From Leucoraja erinacea (lineage: Eukaryota), in the NCBI RefSeq assembly GCF_028641065.1, contig NC_073386.1, positions 27,528,001 to 27,592,000 of the forward strand: a stretch of 64,000 bases of DNA, read 5' to 3'. Positions 50,501-58,927 of the stretch are shown in pieces. The translations under genes and the position numbers were made by a program. The notes under the pieces were generated by a model that saw nothing but the letters and a program-made list of their open reading frames with translations, made no database searches and was not told where the DNA came from. Numbering within the stretch: the first letter of the stretch is position 1; each line of letters begins with the position of its first letter.

Positions 50501-51906
50501 CTACTGTACTGCTAAAGTCTGTATATGGATTAAAGATGATCTTAGATTACATGCCGTGTGTATCTCCTATTTACAGGATGCATTCTAGATAATTAAGTGA
50601 AGGGTTGAAGTTTCTCCCTGCTTAATGGAGTGAATTCAGAAGACTGCAGGATTTCAAATATTGCAACCATTGTGGAAAAAGATCAATAAATGGGAGCAAA
50701 TGGGTATCTTTACCATTAATCTGGAACAAACATGATGGGCTGAATGATCTCGTTCTCTACTGAATCTTTATAAAATTCTCCTAGACCCTTGACAATATTG
50801 CACATAAAAGTTAGTCTATTTTTGCAGGTCTTTAAAAAAGTTACATATTTAGCAATTTAAAATACATACCACTATCATTAACTGAACATTGTACTAATTC
50901 ACAACCAGTATTAACCCACTTAAAAAAATATCTACGTAGATAGACTTACAGGCCACCACGTCATAGATTTTCCAGCAAGGAAATATCCCCCCACTGTGTT
51001 CCGGTTGGCTCTCACAGAAGACTATTACAGAAAGATTTGTGTCAATTCTCTTAATCAAAGTCCAAAATGCAAAATAAATTATAGACCAGTTAAAAATAAA
51101 CTGTGGACACAAAGGTCAGTGAAACATGGTGAAGACTTGACATTCAGAAACCAGGAACTGTTTTAAACAATGTTATTACAATATTTTTTTAGCATATTAA
51201 AAATAAAGAACCATCTAGTTTATATTTCATTAAATTTCCATTTAATCAAATGAACCCTAAAATTAATACTCGCACAAATTTATCAAAAATATTGTAATCC
51301 CAATTTTCATATTTACCTTAATTCCAATAAAAAGGGGGTTGGATAATGACATTTTCACAAGCTTAATTTTCACTGCATTGTTACAAAAATTAATTATAGT
51401 TCAAACTTTTGAATATAATTAATATATAATCTCTAACAATATGGTGTTTTGAGAATGTAACACATATTTGGCAATCTGTAAATTATTTTTGTGCTTGTCA
51501 TTGAAACAATTCCAGATATATAAGCAATAAAAATAAAAGCTAAACTTATCATAAAAACAATTTTAGGCAAAATTAATTTTATGTCTGGTAATTAACATAA
51601 TTTAGTACAATGATAGTACAAGTTAATATTCAAAATAATCTTTAAAATTCAAAGAGATGATAATAATTTCAAGCTGAAAGAGAAATGCTATGTAGAAGGT
51701 ACACAATTAATTTTATAGGTTTCTGCAAAAGAAATTTCACAGTTCAAGGGTACAACTCTGACATACTGAGAACTGCTTATTCCAAAGTACTCTGAACTCA
51801 CCCATATTCCAACACACATAACAAACACAAAATAAATAACAATCACAATGATGTCCGGTATCTCCAAAGCAAATATCCTCGAAACTTGGGTAGTTGCTGA
51901 TTCCAT
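15332..51906 (-). CDS. SLC5A9: SLC5A9 / SGLT4 sodium-sugar cotransporter, 14 coding exons, 658 aa: complement(join(15332..15537,18145..18295 [or 17145..17295],20261..20476,21221..21389,24794..24944,25682..25789,26568..26703,29233..29438,32440..32520,43091..43196,44989..45153,46920..47024,50950..51021,51802..51906))
   Basis: All junctions GT-AG and in phase; total 1977 nt including stop. Diagnostic SLC5A9 peptides [54 protein letters not shown] and [10 protein letters not shown]; SLC5A10 has LFASSEGSG instead. Synteny with SPATA6. Confidence 0.93.
15747..15920. repeat. Near-perfect 174-bp palindrome (86-bp arms, 2-nt spacer, 2 mismatches)
   Basis: gtgggaaaggaggagcttga...tacttataagag-tc-ctcttataagta...tcaagctcctcctttcccac. 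Confidence 0.95.
16437..16890. mobile_element. Harbinger-type MITE with internal 21-bp tandem repeats
   Basis: TIR AGGGCCTGTCCCA...TGGGACAGGCCCT; TCA TSD; (gttaacgtaggttgtcgccag)n. Confidence 0.85.
17145..17295 (-). CDS. SLC5A9: SLC5A9 exon 13, duplicate copy B
   Basis: Intact acceptor and donor; [35 protein letters not shown]...; 3 nt differ from copy A. Confidence 0.55.
17452..17890. mobile_element. Harbinger-type MITE (duplicate of 16437-16890)
   Basis: Same TIR and TCA flanks; part of the tandem duplication. Confidence 0.8.
18145..18295 (-). CDS. SLC5A9: SLC5A9 exon 13, copy A
   Basis: [10 protein letters not shown]...DDGLQET; 151 nt, phase 0 to 1; AAG acceptor, GTAGAG donor. Confidence 0.75.
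18685..18872. mobile_element. Short palindromic Penelope-derived element with a hammerhead-like core
   Basis: Inverted arms agacacaaaatgctggagtaactcag / ctgagttactccagcattttgtgtc around tgaagaagggtctcgacccgaaacgtc; 14-bp TSD ttagatag(g/c)gagaa. Confidence 0.75.
18875..20020 (+). mobile_element. Degenerate CR1 LINE RT fragment
   Basis: [38 protein letters not shown] motifs. Confidence 0.88.
20030..20120 (+). mobile_element. Helitron-like 3' end fragment
   Basis: Ends in a hairpin-like segment plus GGTCTAG|T, homologous to 37751 and 39599. Confidence 0.55.
20261..20476 (-). CDS. SLC5A9: SLC5A9 exon 12 (GAFWGLMVG...PAIQKEN)
   Basis: 216 nt; TAG acceptor, GTAAGT donor. Confidence 0.93.
20563..20750. 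mobile_element. Short palindromic Penelope-derived element with a hammerhead-like core
   Basis: Same family as 18685-18872; ctgaagaagggtcttgacccaaaacgtc; 9-bp TSD tataacatt. Confidence 0.75.
21221..21389 (-). CDS. SLC5A9: SLC5A9 exon 11 ([15 protein letters not shown]...RVNEP)
   Basis: 169 nt, GT-AG. Confidence 0.93.
21946..23021 (-). mobile_element. Young CR1 LINE 3' portion
   Basis: RT motifs [34 protein letters not shown]; (TTCTATGT)n tail. Confidence 0.92.
23314..23650 (-). mobile_element. HE1/V-SINE-like SINE
   Basis: Homologous to 12907-13197. Confidence 0.7.
24794..24944 (-). CDS. SLC5A9: SLC5A9 exon 10 ([26 protein letters not shown]...IVGR)
   Basis: 151 nt, GT-AG; Na2-site SS motif region. 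Confidence 0.94.
25181..25380. mobile_element. Penelope-derived palindromic element, degenerate
   Basis: Same arms; minus-strand ctgaagaaaggtctcgacccgaaac at about 25225-25250. Confidence 0.6.
25682..25789 (-). CDS. SLC5A9: SLC5A9 exon 9 ([35 protein letters not shown])
   Basis: 108 nt, GT-AG. Confidence 0.94.
26568..26703 (-). CDS. SLC5A9: SLC5A9 exon 8 ([45 protein letters not shown])
   Basis: 136 nt; TAG acceptor, GTGTGT donor. Confidence 0.93.
26768..27883 (-). mobile_element. CR1 LINE 3' portion (second subfamily)
   Basis: ORFs 26840-27604 and 27588-27878 encode the CR1 RT C-terminus. Confidence 0.92.
29233..29438 (-). CDS. SLC5A9: SLC5A9 exon 7 (LNKVGWYSG...WCWCTDQ)
   Basis: 206 nt, GT-AG; N-glycosylation sequons NIT and NTS. 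Confidence 0.94.
30399..30736. mobile_element. Harbinger-type MITE (second family)
   Basis: Imperfect long TIRs agcccctgttccactgtatgaggtaattc... / ...gaattacctcgtgcagtggttcacgggct; TTA TSD. Confidence 0.75.
31130..32090 (-). mobile_element. Degenerate Penelope-like element fragments
   Basis: gtttaagaactgcagatgctggaaaaatcg terminal repeat as at 38004, followed by degenerate coding-like sequence. Confidence 0.45.
32440..32520 (-). CDS. SLC5A9: SLC5A9 exon 6 ([26 protein letters not shown])
   Basis: 81 nt, GT-AG. Confidence 0.93.
33241..33540 (+). mobile_element. CR1 3' end (same subfamily as 26768-27883, opposite orientation)
   Basis: Reverse complement of about 26768-27050. Confidence 0.85.
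34175..34465. mobile_element. Penelope-derived palindromic element, degenerate
   Basis: acacaaagtgctggagtaactcag ... ctgagttactccagcattttgtgt arms; ctgaagaagggtcttgatctaaaac core. Confidence 0.6.
36072..36218 (+). repeat. Minisatellite, ~30-bp unit (ctttagcatttccaaaccaaaggcaacacag) x5
   Basis: Directly visible tandem copies. Confidence 0.9.
36638..36777. other. Assembly gap (140 N)
   Basis: Run of N. Confidence 1.
38004..39232 (+). mobile_element. Penelope-like retroelement 3' part with GIY-YIG endonuclease and inverted terminal repeat
   Basis: ORF 38608-39075: [34 protein letters not shown]...PVAQHFN...GMN. Inverted repeats ~38042-38135 / ~39135-39232. Imperfect TSD ctat..catcac. Inserted in a Helitron copy. 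Confidence 0.9.
38101..38128 (-). ncRNA. Minimal hammerhead ribozyme core (Penelope-associated)
   Basis: Minus strand CUGAAGA-AAGGUC-UU-GACCC-GAAA-CGUC: conserved CUGAnGA/GAAA boxes, stem II and GUC triplet. Stem I is short. Confidence 0.55.
39725..41360 (+). mobile_element. Two adjacent degenerate CR1 3' fragments (~39725-40545, ~40550-41360)
   Basis: CR1 RT C-terminal peptides and 3' UTR motifs. Confidence 0.85.
42000..42900 (-). mobile_element. Old CR1 fragment
   Basis: Weak similarity to the younger minus-strand CR1 copies. Confidence 0.5.
43091..43196 (-). CDS. SLC5A9: SLC5A9 exon 5 ([35 protein letters not shown])
   Basis: 106 nt, GT-AG. Confidence 0.93.
43336..44080 (-). mobile_element. 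Penelope-like RT fragment
   Basis: [10 protein letters not shown] (MGxxxGPSYA), LPF.D.SVSI-like and LKIHK-like motifs; terminal-repeat arm at 43336. Confidence 0.7.
44989..45153 (-). CDS. SLC5A9: SLC5A9 exon 4 ([38 protein letters not shown]...FTKIS)
   Basis: 165 nt, GT-AG. Confidence 0.94.
45430..45690 (+). mobile_element. LINE 3' end with C-terminal zinc knuckle (Ingi/Vingi- or RTE-X-like)
   Basis: [41 protein letters not shown]; clade assignment from recall. Confidence 0.6.
46920..47024 (-). CDS. SLC5A9: SLC5A9 exon 3 ([35 protein letters not shown])
   Basis: 105 nt, GT-AG. Confidence 0.95.
48971..50575 (+). mobile_element. Internally deleted Gypsy LTR element (integrase only)
   Basis: LTRs 48971-49174 and 50361-50575 (TG...CA); 5-bp TSD GGATG; PBS TGGTGTCAGAAGTAGGAT (tRNA-Leu type); PPT AGGGGGAAGGA; integrase motifs [27 protein letters not shown]. 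Confidence 0.93.
50950..51021 (-). CDS. SLC5A9: SLC5A9 exon 2 ([24 protein letters not shown])
   Basis: 72 nt; TAG acceptor, GTAAGT donor. Confidence 0.94.
51802..51906 (-). CDS. SLC5A9: SLC5A9 exon 1 ([35 protein letters not shown])
   Basis: ATG at 51904-51906; TGG|GTGAGT donor; TM0 peptide matches the SLC5A family. Confidence 0.85.
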
Positions 51907-51952
51907 TCTGTAGTCTCAGTATTGAATTTGGTAAGCTGCACACTTTTGAAAC

Positions 51953-51980
51953 TGAACTTTGGATGCGTTTAATTATTAAC
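51953..51980 (-). promoter_or_regulatory. Candidate HNF1 (GTTAATAATTAAA, 51968-51980) + HNF4 (CATCCAAAGTTCA, 51953-51965) sites in the SLC5A9 proximal promoter
   Basis: Motif matches 47-74 nt upstream of the ATG. Confidence 0.5.
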
Positions 51981-53679
51981 ATTTTTAAAGTAAGGTGGTG
52001 CAAGATTTGGCAGTTAACAACTGATTTTTAATCTACTGAGCCTCTTGCTGGACAGCAATGCCAACATTGAAGTTTCTCATAAAAGACCAATTGTTTAATT
52101 GTACACAGCTGGCAGGCAAAACAATTCCTTATTATAGAGGATAAATGGGTTTTGTCTCTGCTTCAAAAGGAAATGATTCTTGATAATATTTTTTTAAGTG
52201 GGTGTTAACTGTTAGATTGATTCAACTTTTAAGAAATGTTACTTTTCAGTGATACCATCAACCTTTTAAGCCATACCTAATTCTGCTGAATCCCCACATC
52301 ATCCTATTCCCCTTCTATGCCTTGATCATTTCCTTCATATCTAAAATCTATTGACTTTCACTTTAATTATACTCAATGACGGGGTATTTATAACTCGAGT
52401 AGAAAATTAAAAATTTGGTGTTTTTTTAAATGTTAATGAAACTGGCAGCCAGGAAAAATCACTACACTCTTCTAAGTACATTATTTATCGAGAACATGGG
52501 GAAAATGTTTGACTTTTCTTAAATCTCGTTCCTTTGTTAAATCCTGCAAAGTGAGCCATCCCCCCCCTCTCCAGGAACTCCCTAAAATGTTCAGCTGGAT
52601 TTTGTAAAAGCAGTTCATAACTCCATGCAGGTAAATGGCTACTGAAATGTGCTAAGCTGACAATGCATTTACACAAATTATTTCATAGAGCACAAAACAT
52701 TAAGATGATGCATGTCTGACAGAACATGGAAATTTAATCTTACTTCTCCACCGGTATTAGAGATTAGGCAAAAAGCTTCACATTTGAAACGGGGTTTCTT
52801 GACACAGGGATGGTTTTCGTAAAAACATTTCTAATCTGGTCTGATCTGGTTCTGGACATTGAAGCAAATTTTAACTGGTAATGTTCTTTGCTTCAAGTTG
52901 TATTCTTGGTATATAAATGAACAAAATATCCATCTCCAAATTTTTAAACTTCAAGGATCAGAGTATACAATAGGAAATCTACAAATCACATTGCAGTATT
53001 TTCTTCTTTTGCAAATGTTGGACATTTCATCTAATCGAATGGGATTTCTACAGGAATAGATATTTAAGCATTTAGAGGTGTTGAGTTGATAACACAACAC
53101 ACATGCACATTACCTCTATGATCTTAACTGGTCTGCGTTTCAGTTCGGCAACCCTTCGTCAGGTCTGAATTAATTCTGAGGAAGGCTGGCTGACCCAAAA
53201 TGTCTTCTCATTCCACAGATGCTATTTGACTGGCTGAGTTCTAGTAGCATTTCTGATTTTGTTTCTATCCTCATAAAATGTTCCCTGGATTTCAAATTTT
53301 AAAGCAGTAACTTTAGTACCAAACTTTTATTTTTATTAAATATTGTTCTATTCTTGAAATAATTAAGTGAAATCACCTGTAATTTTTTAGTTAAATATTC
53401 CAACAACATTACAGCTTTCTAACTTAATACCCAAGTCAATTTTACATGGTCAAATCTTTGTAAAAGTGAGCAAATGTATAAAAACATATGCACATCAGGT
53501 CCTTGAAATGCAAGCAGGAAGAAAATACATAGAGAGAACAGATAGTTATTGATAGACAATGGTTTATTGACATTCAAAACATTTTTCATAGCAGGTATCT
53601 TTAAATCTTTTAAACAATGATTTATTCCGTAGGCATTCTTGTAAAACTTCAAACTTCACTAAATGATAAATAAAAACAA

Positions 53680-53685
53680 TTTATT
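53680..53685 (-). promoter_or_regulatory. Candidate MRPL55 polyadenylation signal AATAAA
   Basis: About 115 nt past the stop codon. Confidence 0.55.
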
Positions 53686-53797
53686 GAGACATAAATTATA
53701 TAATGTGCACTGTCAACCTGCCATGTTCTATTGACATAAACAGCAGGCAAATCATTCACTAATAGTTTTGTCTTTCTCAGATTTTGCCATCTGAAGC

Positions 53798-53944
53798 TTA
53801 TTTTTTCTTCCAGAATTTGCTGTAATCTTCAACCTTAAATTCATCTTCAAATCGCTCCTCATTTACTTTGACTTTCTTGGGGTCCCGTTTGCGCATTCTT
53901 GCTTTTCGCTCGGCTTCTGGTAGAAGAGAAACATCCACTGGCAT
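53798..53944 (-). CDS. MRPL55: MRPL55 last coding exon
   Basis: ttgcAG acceptor; MPVDV...KFWKKK* (147 nt). Confidence 0.92.
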   Translation of the reverse strand: MPVDVSLLPEAERKARMRKRDPKKVKVNEERFEDEFKVEDYSKFWKKK

Positions 53945-56900
53945 CTGCAACAAATCATTTTCTTAGTATTATAGAAAATGATGGTTAACAACTTGGGATC
54001 TTAAGGGACTCTCCCACTTGTGTGATTTTTTTGGCGACTTGCAGCATCCGTCATAGCTGGTTGCCAAAAATGTTCAACATGTTGAAAATCCAACGGCGAG
54101 CAAAAAAAGGTATGACTCTTTGGGCAACTACTCACGACCATATAGGCATCACCCCGCAACATGTCGGCAACCTGCTGCAACTATGACGGGTGCCGGCAAG
54201 TCGCCGGAAAAAATCGCTTAAGTGGGACGGGCCCTTAAGTGCACAACAATTTTCAGAACATACAAGCATATAATATTTGTTACAAAATCAGTCTACTCCT
54301 CATATCAATAGAAGCCATTATCCCTCAGAGAAATCCCATCTTCCATCCTCCTTGCCCCACCCACCCCCACCAAATTATTTCCATGTAATTATTCTCTCTC
54401 ATTGGTCCATCAGCTCCTCCCCACCTCTCCTAATACCCAATCTCTACCAGGGTAATTTGCACCAACAACAAGCTTAATTTTGGAGTGGGAAGTGTGCAGG
54501 CACCTGGGAGAACCACCCCACCCCCCCACAAAAAAATGGAAAATGCAAACTCTACAGGAGCTGCACATGAGGTCAGAATTGATCCAAGGTCACTGGACAT
54601 GACCCGGGCTCAATTCTAGACAGAGGTTCCATTGTTGTGCCATCATACTGCCTAATACAACTGAATCTGCCTCCACTGCCAATCCTGGTGATGTATTCTA
54701 GACTGTAACCATTTAAGTGTTTAAAAATGATTTTGGGAAGTCTAACTTGGGAAGGACCTACAGTGTGAATGGTAGAGGCCTGGGGAGTGTTGTAGTGCAA
54801 AGGGATCTAGGAGTGCAGGTGCATGGTTCCTTGAAGGTGGAGTTGCAGGTAGATAGGGTGGTCAAAAATGTTTTTAGCACAGTGGGCTTCATCAGTCAGA
54901 GTATTGAGTATTGAAGCTGGGAGGTAATGTTGCAGTTGTATAAGACATTGGTGAGGCCGCATTTGGAGTATTGCGTTGAGTTCTGGGTACAGGTGCACAA
55001 CCTTTTATCCGGAGTTCCGGAAACCGAAAAACTCCGAAAACCGGCCATTTTTTCCAGGATGTCGTCTGCACACCAAAGCTCGCGTTTGGCGCCAAACTTG
55101 ACCCGAAACGACCCACGGTCAACCCAGGTCTGTAGTACTGTAGCGGCTGCCTCCTCCCCGGAGACCGGGGAGACACTTAAACATCTGTAAATCATTGCTT
55201 AAATGTTAGTCAGTTAGTTTGGAGGGCTTTTATGTGAAGGGGGGGGTGAAGGGGTAAACTTTAATTCTTAGTCCCCTACCTGGTCGGAGAGGCGGGGAGC
55301 GGTCAATGCCTTACCGGGTCACCGTGCAGTAAGCTCCGTGCAGTAAGCTCCGCAGCGCCGGTTGTAGCTCCAACCCCCGGCAACTCCACCCCTGGCTGCG
55401 AGGCGCTCCAAAACCACCGCCGCCCGCGGCCGGACGCCCGCAGCCCCAGCTCCGCGATGTTGGGAGTCGCCGACCAGGTAGGGGACTAAGAATCAAAGTT
55501 TCCCCCCCCCCAACACCACCACCACATAAAATCCCTCCAAACTAACTGACTAACATTTATGCAATGATTTACAATGATTCCCCGGTCTCCGGGGAGGAGG
55601 CAGCCGCTCCAGACTTTTCAAGCTGCCCGCGCTACCTATCTAATCTACGCTAAAAATCTTCCATTCGGAAATCCGAAAATGTCCGAAATCCAACAAGTGG
55701 CTGGTCCCAAGGCTTTCGGATAAAAGGTTGTGCACCTGTACCATGTTATAGGAAAGATATTGCCAAGCTGGAAAGGGTCCAGAGAAGATTTACGAGGATG
55801 TTTCCAGGATTGGAGGGTGTGAGCTATAGGACATTGAGCAACCTGAGAATCTATTCCTTGGAGCTCAAAAGGATGAAGGGTGATTTATAGACGTGTATAA
55901 AATCATGAGAGGAATAGATCGGGTAGATGCAAAGTCTCTTGCCCAGAGGAGATGAATCGAGGACCAGAGGACACAGGTTTAAGGTGAAAGGGAAAATATA
56001 TAACAGGAATCTGGGGGGGTAACTTATTTTTTGTGGTAGAGGCTGCTCGAGGAGGTAGTTGAGGGAGAAACTATCCCAACGTTTAAGAAAGTTAGACAGG
56101 TACGTGGATAGGACAGGTTTGGAGGGATATGAACCAAACGCAGGCAGTTGCGACTAGTGTAGCTGGGACATGTTGGCCGGTGTGGGCAAGTTGGGTGGAA
56201 GGGTCTGTTTCCATGCTGTATCACTCTAATTGTTTATTTTATCATTAATCTTCACATGTCCCTCAATTCTTGATCTTTGATCAAGCAGTAACAGTTTTTC
56301 TCTATCCAGCATCTCTATCCCCTTGTAATCTCCTCTGTTCCAGCAAAAACGTAACTGCTTCAGTCCATCTACACATCCCTCATCCTCAGGATCACTTTAG
56401 CAAATCTTCTCTGCTTCCTCTAAAGATTAACATCTTTCCTAACTTATGGGACCAAGACTTGGACATAATACTCCTTATGTAGTCCTGCAGTATGATTTAC
56501 AAAAAGTTGATCATGACTTACCTGGTCTTGTACTCCTGTGCCTCTTTTATAAAGATGAGAATTCCATATTCTTTCTACCCAACGTCCACGACTACCCTCA
56601 CATTTTAAATGACAATTACACTTGTAACCCCAGGCCCTTTTGTTATTGTACCCCATTTGGAATTGTGTATAATTTATATTTCCTTTTCAGCCTTCCCAGC
56701 TACATTCCTCAGTGTTTATTTCATCTTTCCATTTCACCAGCCTATTAGTATCTACAAAGCGATTGACTACCTTGCCCCTGGACCAGTCTACTGCTAGATT
56801 TTGGGATTAAGGAAGGCTGGAAAAAACACAATTATAAAAAGGCAAATCTTTCTTGTACTTTCTAGTCTGCTCTAAAATCTTTGCTTTCTAGTGGCTAGCT

Positions 56901-58758
56901 TCAGGAACATATTATACTGAGAAAACCGAATAGTTGGTAATTTGTGGAGTGGGAAAACTATAAGATGAAAATAGGGCATTGGACTTAAAAAAAAAGTGAC
57001 TTCATTCAATAACAAAGATAAATTATTTGTTAAAACCTGACAAAATGCTGTAATTGGCCTGATGAAAGTGGTATGAGCCTGTGGTATCTTATTACACTAG
57101 GGGAAACGTTTTGTACGGGGAACATATGTACAAGTGGCTAGTCATTTAAAACTGAGGCATTTCTTCTTACAGAAGGTGGCAAATTTTGAATTCTCTACCT
57201 TGGAGTGTGGGGCAAATTAGATCATTAGAAATATTTTAAAGTGGAGTTGGATGCATTTTTGATAGATCATGGAATAGAGGGATCTTGAGAAATGACACAG
57301 AAGAGGAGACAAGGCCAGCATACGGCAGCCACAATCATAATAAAGGGTAATCAATGCAGGCTTTAAAGGTTGACAGCCTAGTCCTGCACCTATTTTCTTG
57401 TATATTATGAAACACATTTTAACTTTTGGACTATTTACAACAAAATTTCTTCAAGTTAAACATTAATTAGTAATTCCTTACAGTAATCATTTTTTTAGGC
57501 TCCTTGTATCGGATATTGATAGTAGATCCATCAGGTCGAACCAGCAGAACAGGATACAGTCTGACGTAGGCCTGCCTTCCAAAACGAACTACAGAAGATC
57601 TATTTGAATTGTTTCGTACGTGCAGTTGGTGCCATGGGCTTGTGAAAGGAAGCAATCTTTCAGAAGCATTTTGCTGTAAGGAACTATTAAGTATATAAAT
57701 ATCCATCAGTACATGTAGAACTATTATACACACACTTACAAACAATATTAAACCAAGCTTGTGAGAGAAATTCGTCATGGTGAAAGGTTAGATTTAAATG
57801 ATCTCTTGACCTCAGTTGTCTTCAGACCAAGTGCTTGCTTAATTATAAAGAATGACTAGCTTACTAAGTAAAACCCACACCTTTCTTCAAATTAACATTC
57901 AGAACTGTTATCAACTCAAAACATGATATTGGCTGAATATCTCTTTCAAAGGGCAATACTTCAACTTTGTTATTTTGAGACACAGGGATGGTAACTCAAA
58001 TGTCACTGCCTTAATTGGTACATGTGACAATAAACTGACCTTGAAACCTTGAACCTTGAGGTTCGCAATCACCTCGTCCAACCTCATCTAATGCAAAGAT
58101 CTTATAGCTTCGCTATATAAGATCTTTGATCTAATGCATCCAGTGTTCCCGATGTGGCGAGAGCAAACATAGACATGGCGACCATTACTCCAAACACTTG
58201 TATGCTGTCTGCCAAGGCCTACTGGATCTCACAGTTGCTAACCATTTTAATTCCTCTTCCCATTCTGACCTTTCTATACTAGACCTCCTTCACTGACAGA
58301 GTGAGGCCACATGTTAACTGGAGGAACAGCACTTCATAATTTGCTTGTGTACCTTACAAACCAACAGTAAGTGAATATTGAATTCTCCAATTTTAGACAA
58401 CTATAATTCCCCCTGACAATGGAGGAGGCACAGGGCAGAAAGGTCAGTGTGGGAATGGGAGGGGGAGTTGCCACAGTGTGATAGACGATAAAACATTCTC
58501 GACTCGGTGACCGCGATCATCTAGCAGCGGCTGAGCTCGACCCGCGCCGCCCGTTGTCACCCAGGCGGGGCAGCGTGAGCACAGCGCGGGACTGCACGTA
58601 CACGCCGCCCGTTGTCACCCACGCGGCACAAACCCGGCGCCCGCGCCGCCCGTTGCTACCTGCGCGCTCCGAATATCGTTCCCGCGCCCTCCTGTTTAAA
58701 CTCGCGCCGATACTTACGCCGCCAACTGCCGCAGCCGCGCGCTCCACGGAGCCGCCAT
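53798..58758 (-). CDS. MRPL55: MRPL55 mitochondrial ribosomal protein bL31m, 129 aa: complement(join(53798..53944,57482..57683,58718..58758))
   Basis: [18 protein letters not shown]...[52 protein letters not shown]...YSKFWKKK*. Matches recalled human [27 protein letters not shown]. Phases 2 and 0 consistent. Confidence 0.93.
54004..54235. mobile_element. Harbinger-type MITE (older copy of the AGGGCCTGTCCCACTT family)
   Basis: agggactctcccactt...aagtgggacgggccct, TWA flanks. Confidence 0.75.
54730..56227 (+). mobile_element. CR1 3' fragment interrupted by a Tc1/mariner MITE
   Basis: [11 protein letters not shown] resumes after 55740. Confidence 0.85.
54990..55738. mobile_element. Tc1/mariner (pogo/Tigger-like) non-autonomous element
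   Basis: TIR CAGGTGCACAACCTTTTATCCG; TA TSD; internal ~140-bp inverted repeat. Confidence 0.88.
57482..57683 (-). CDS. MRPL55: MRPL55 middle coding exon
   Basis: taatAG acceptor, GTAAGG donor, 202 nt. Confidence 0.9.
58060..58400 (+). mobile_element. Degenerate Penelope GIY-YIG fragment
   Basis: Homologous to 38730-39040. Confidence 0.7.
58094..58128. mobile_element. 35-bp palindromic hAT-like micro-element
   Basis: caaagatcttatagc-ttc-gctatataagatctttg; perfect 8-bp TSD ATCTAATG. Confidence 0.75.
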
Positions 58759-58860
58759 CGGCCGATTGCGGAAATGTTCGGCACAAGAACCCAGTCCCCC
58801 GCGCAACAGCGGCTCTCAACTGTGGTTCCCATCTCCATCTCGACCTCCACCACCACACTG
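58500..58860. promoter_or_regulatory. CpG island / MRPL55 promoter
   Basis: GC- and CpG-dense island in AT-rich DNA covering exon 1; ETS-like CGGAAAT at about 58769 and YY1-like GCCGCCAT at the ATG. Confidence 0.8.
58718..58758 (-). CDS. MRPL55: MRPL55 first coding exon ([13 protein letters not shown]-)
   Basis: ATGGCGGC start; GC|GTAAGT donor (phase 2); Arg/Ala-rich transit-peptide-like sequence. Confidence 0.85.
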
Positions 58861-58927
58861 GTAACCTGATTGATAAATTGGGGAACGCTATTTGCGATAT
58901 AACGCTATTTCTGTCCGGAACCACAGA

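Noticed and set aside
15332-51906. Assignment as SLC5A10, SLC5A1 or SLC5A2
   Set aside because: Diagnostic residues ([28 protein letters not shown]) and SPATA6 synteny fit SLC5A9.
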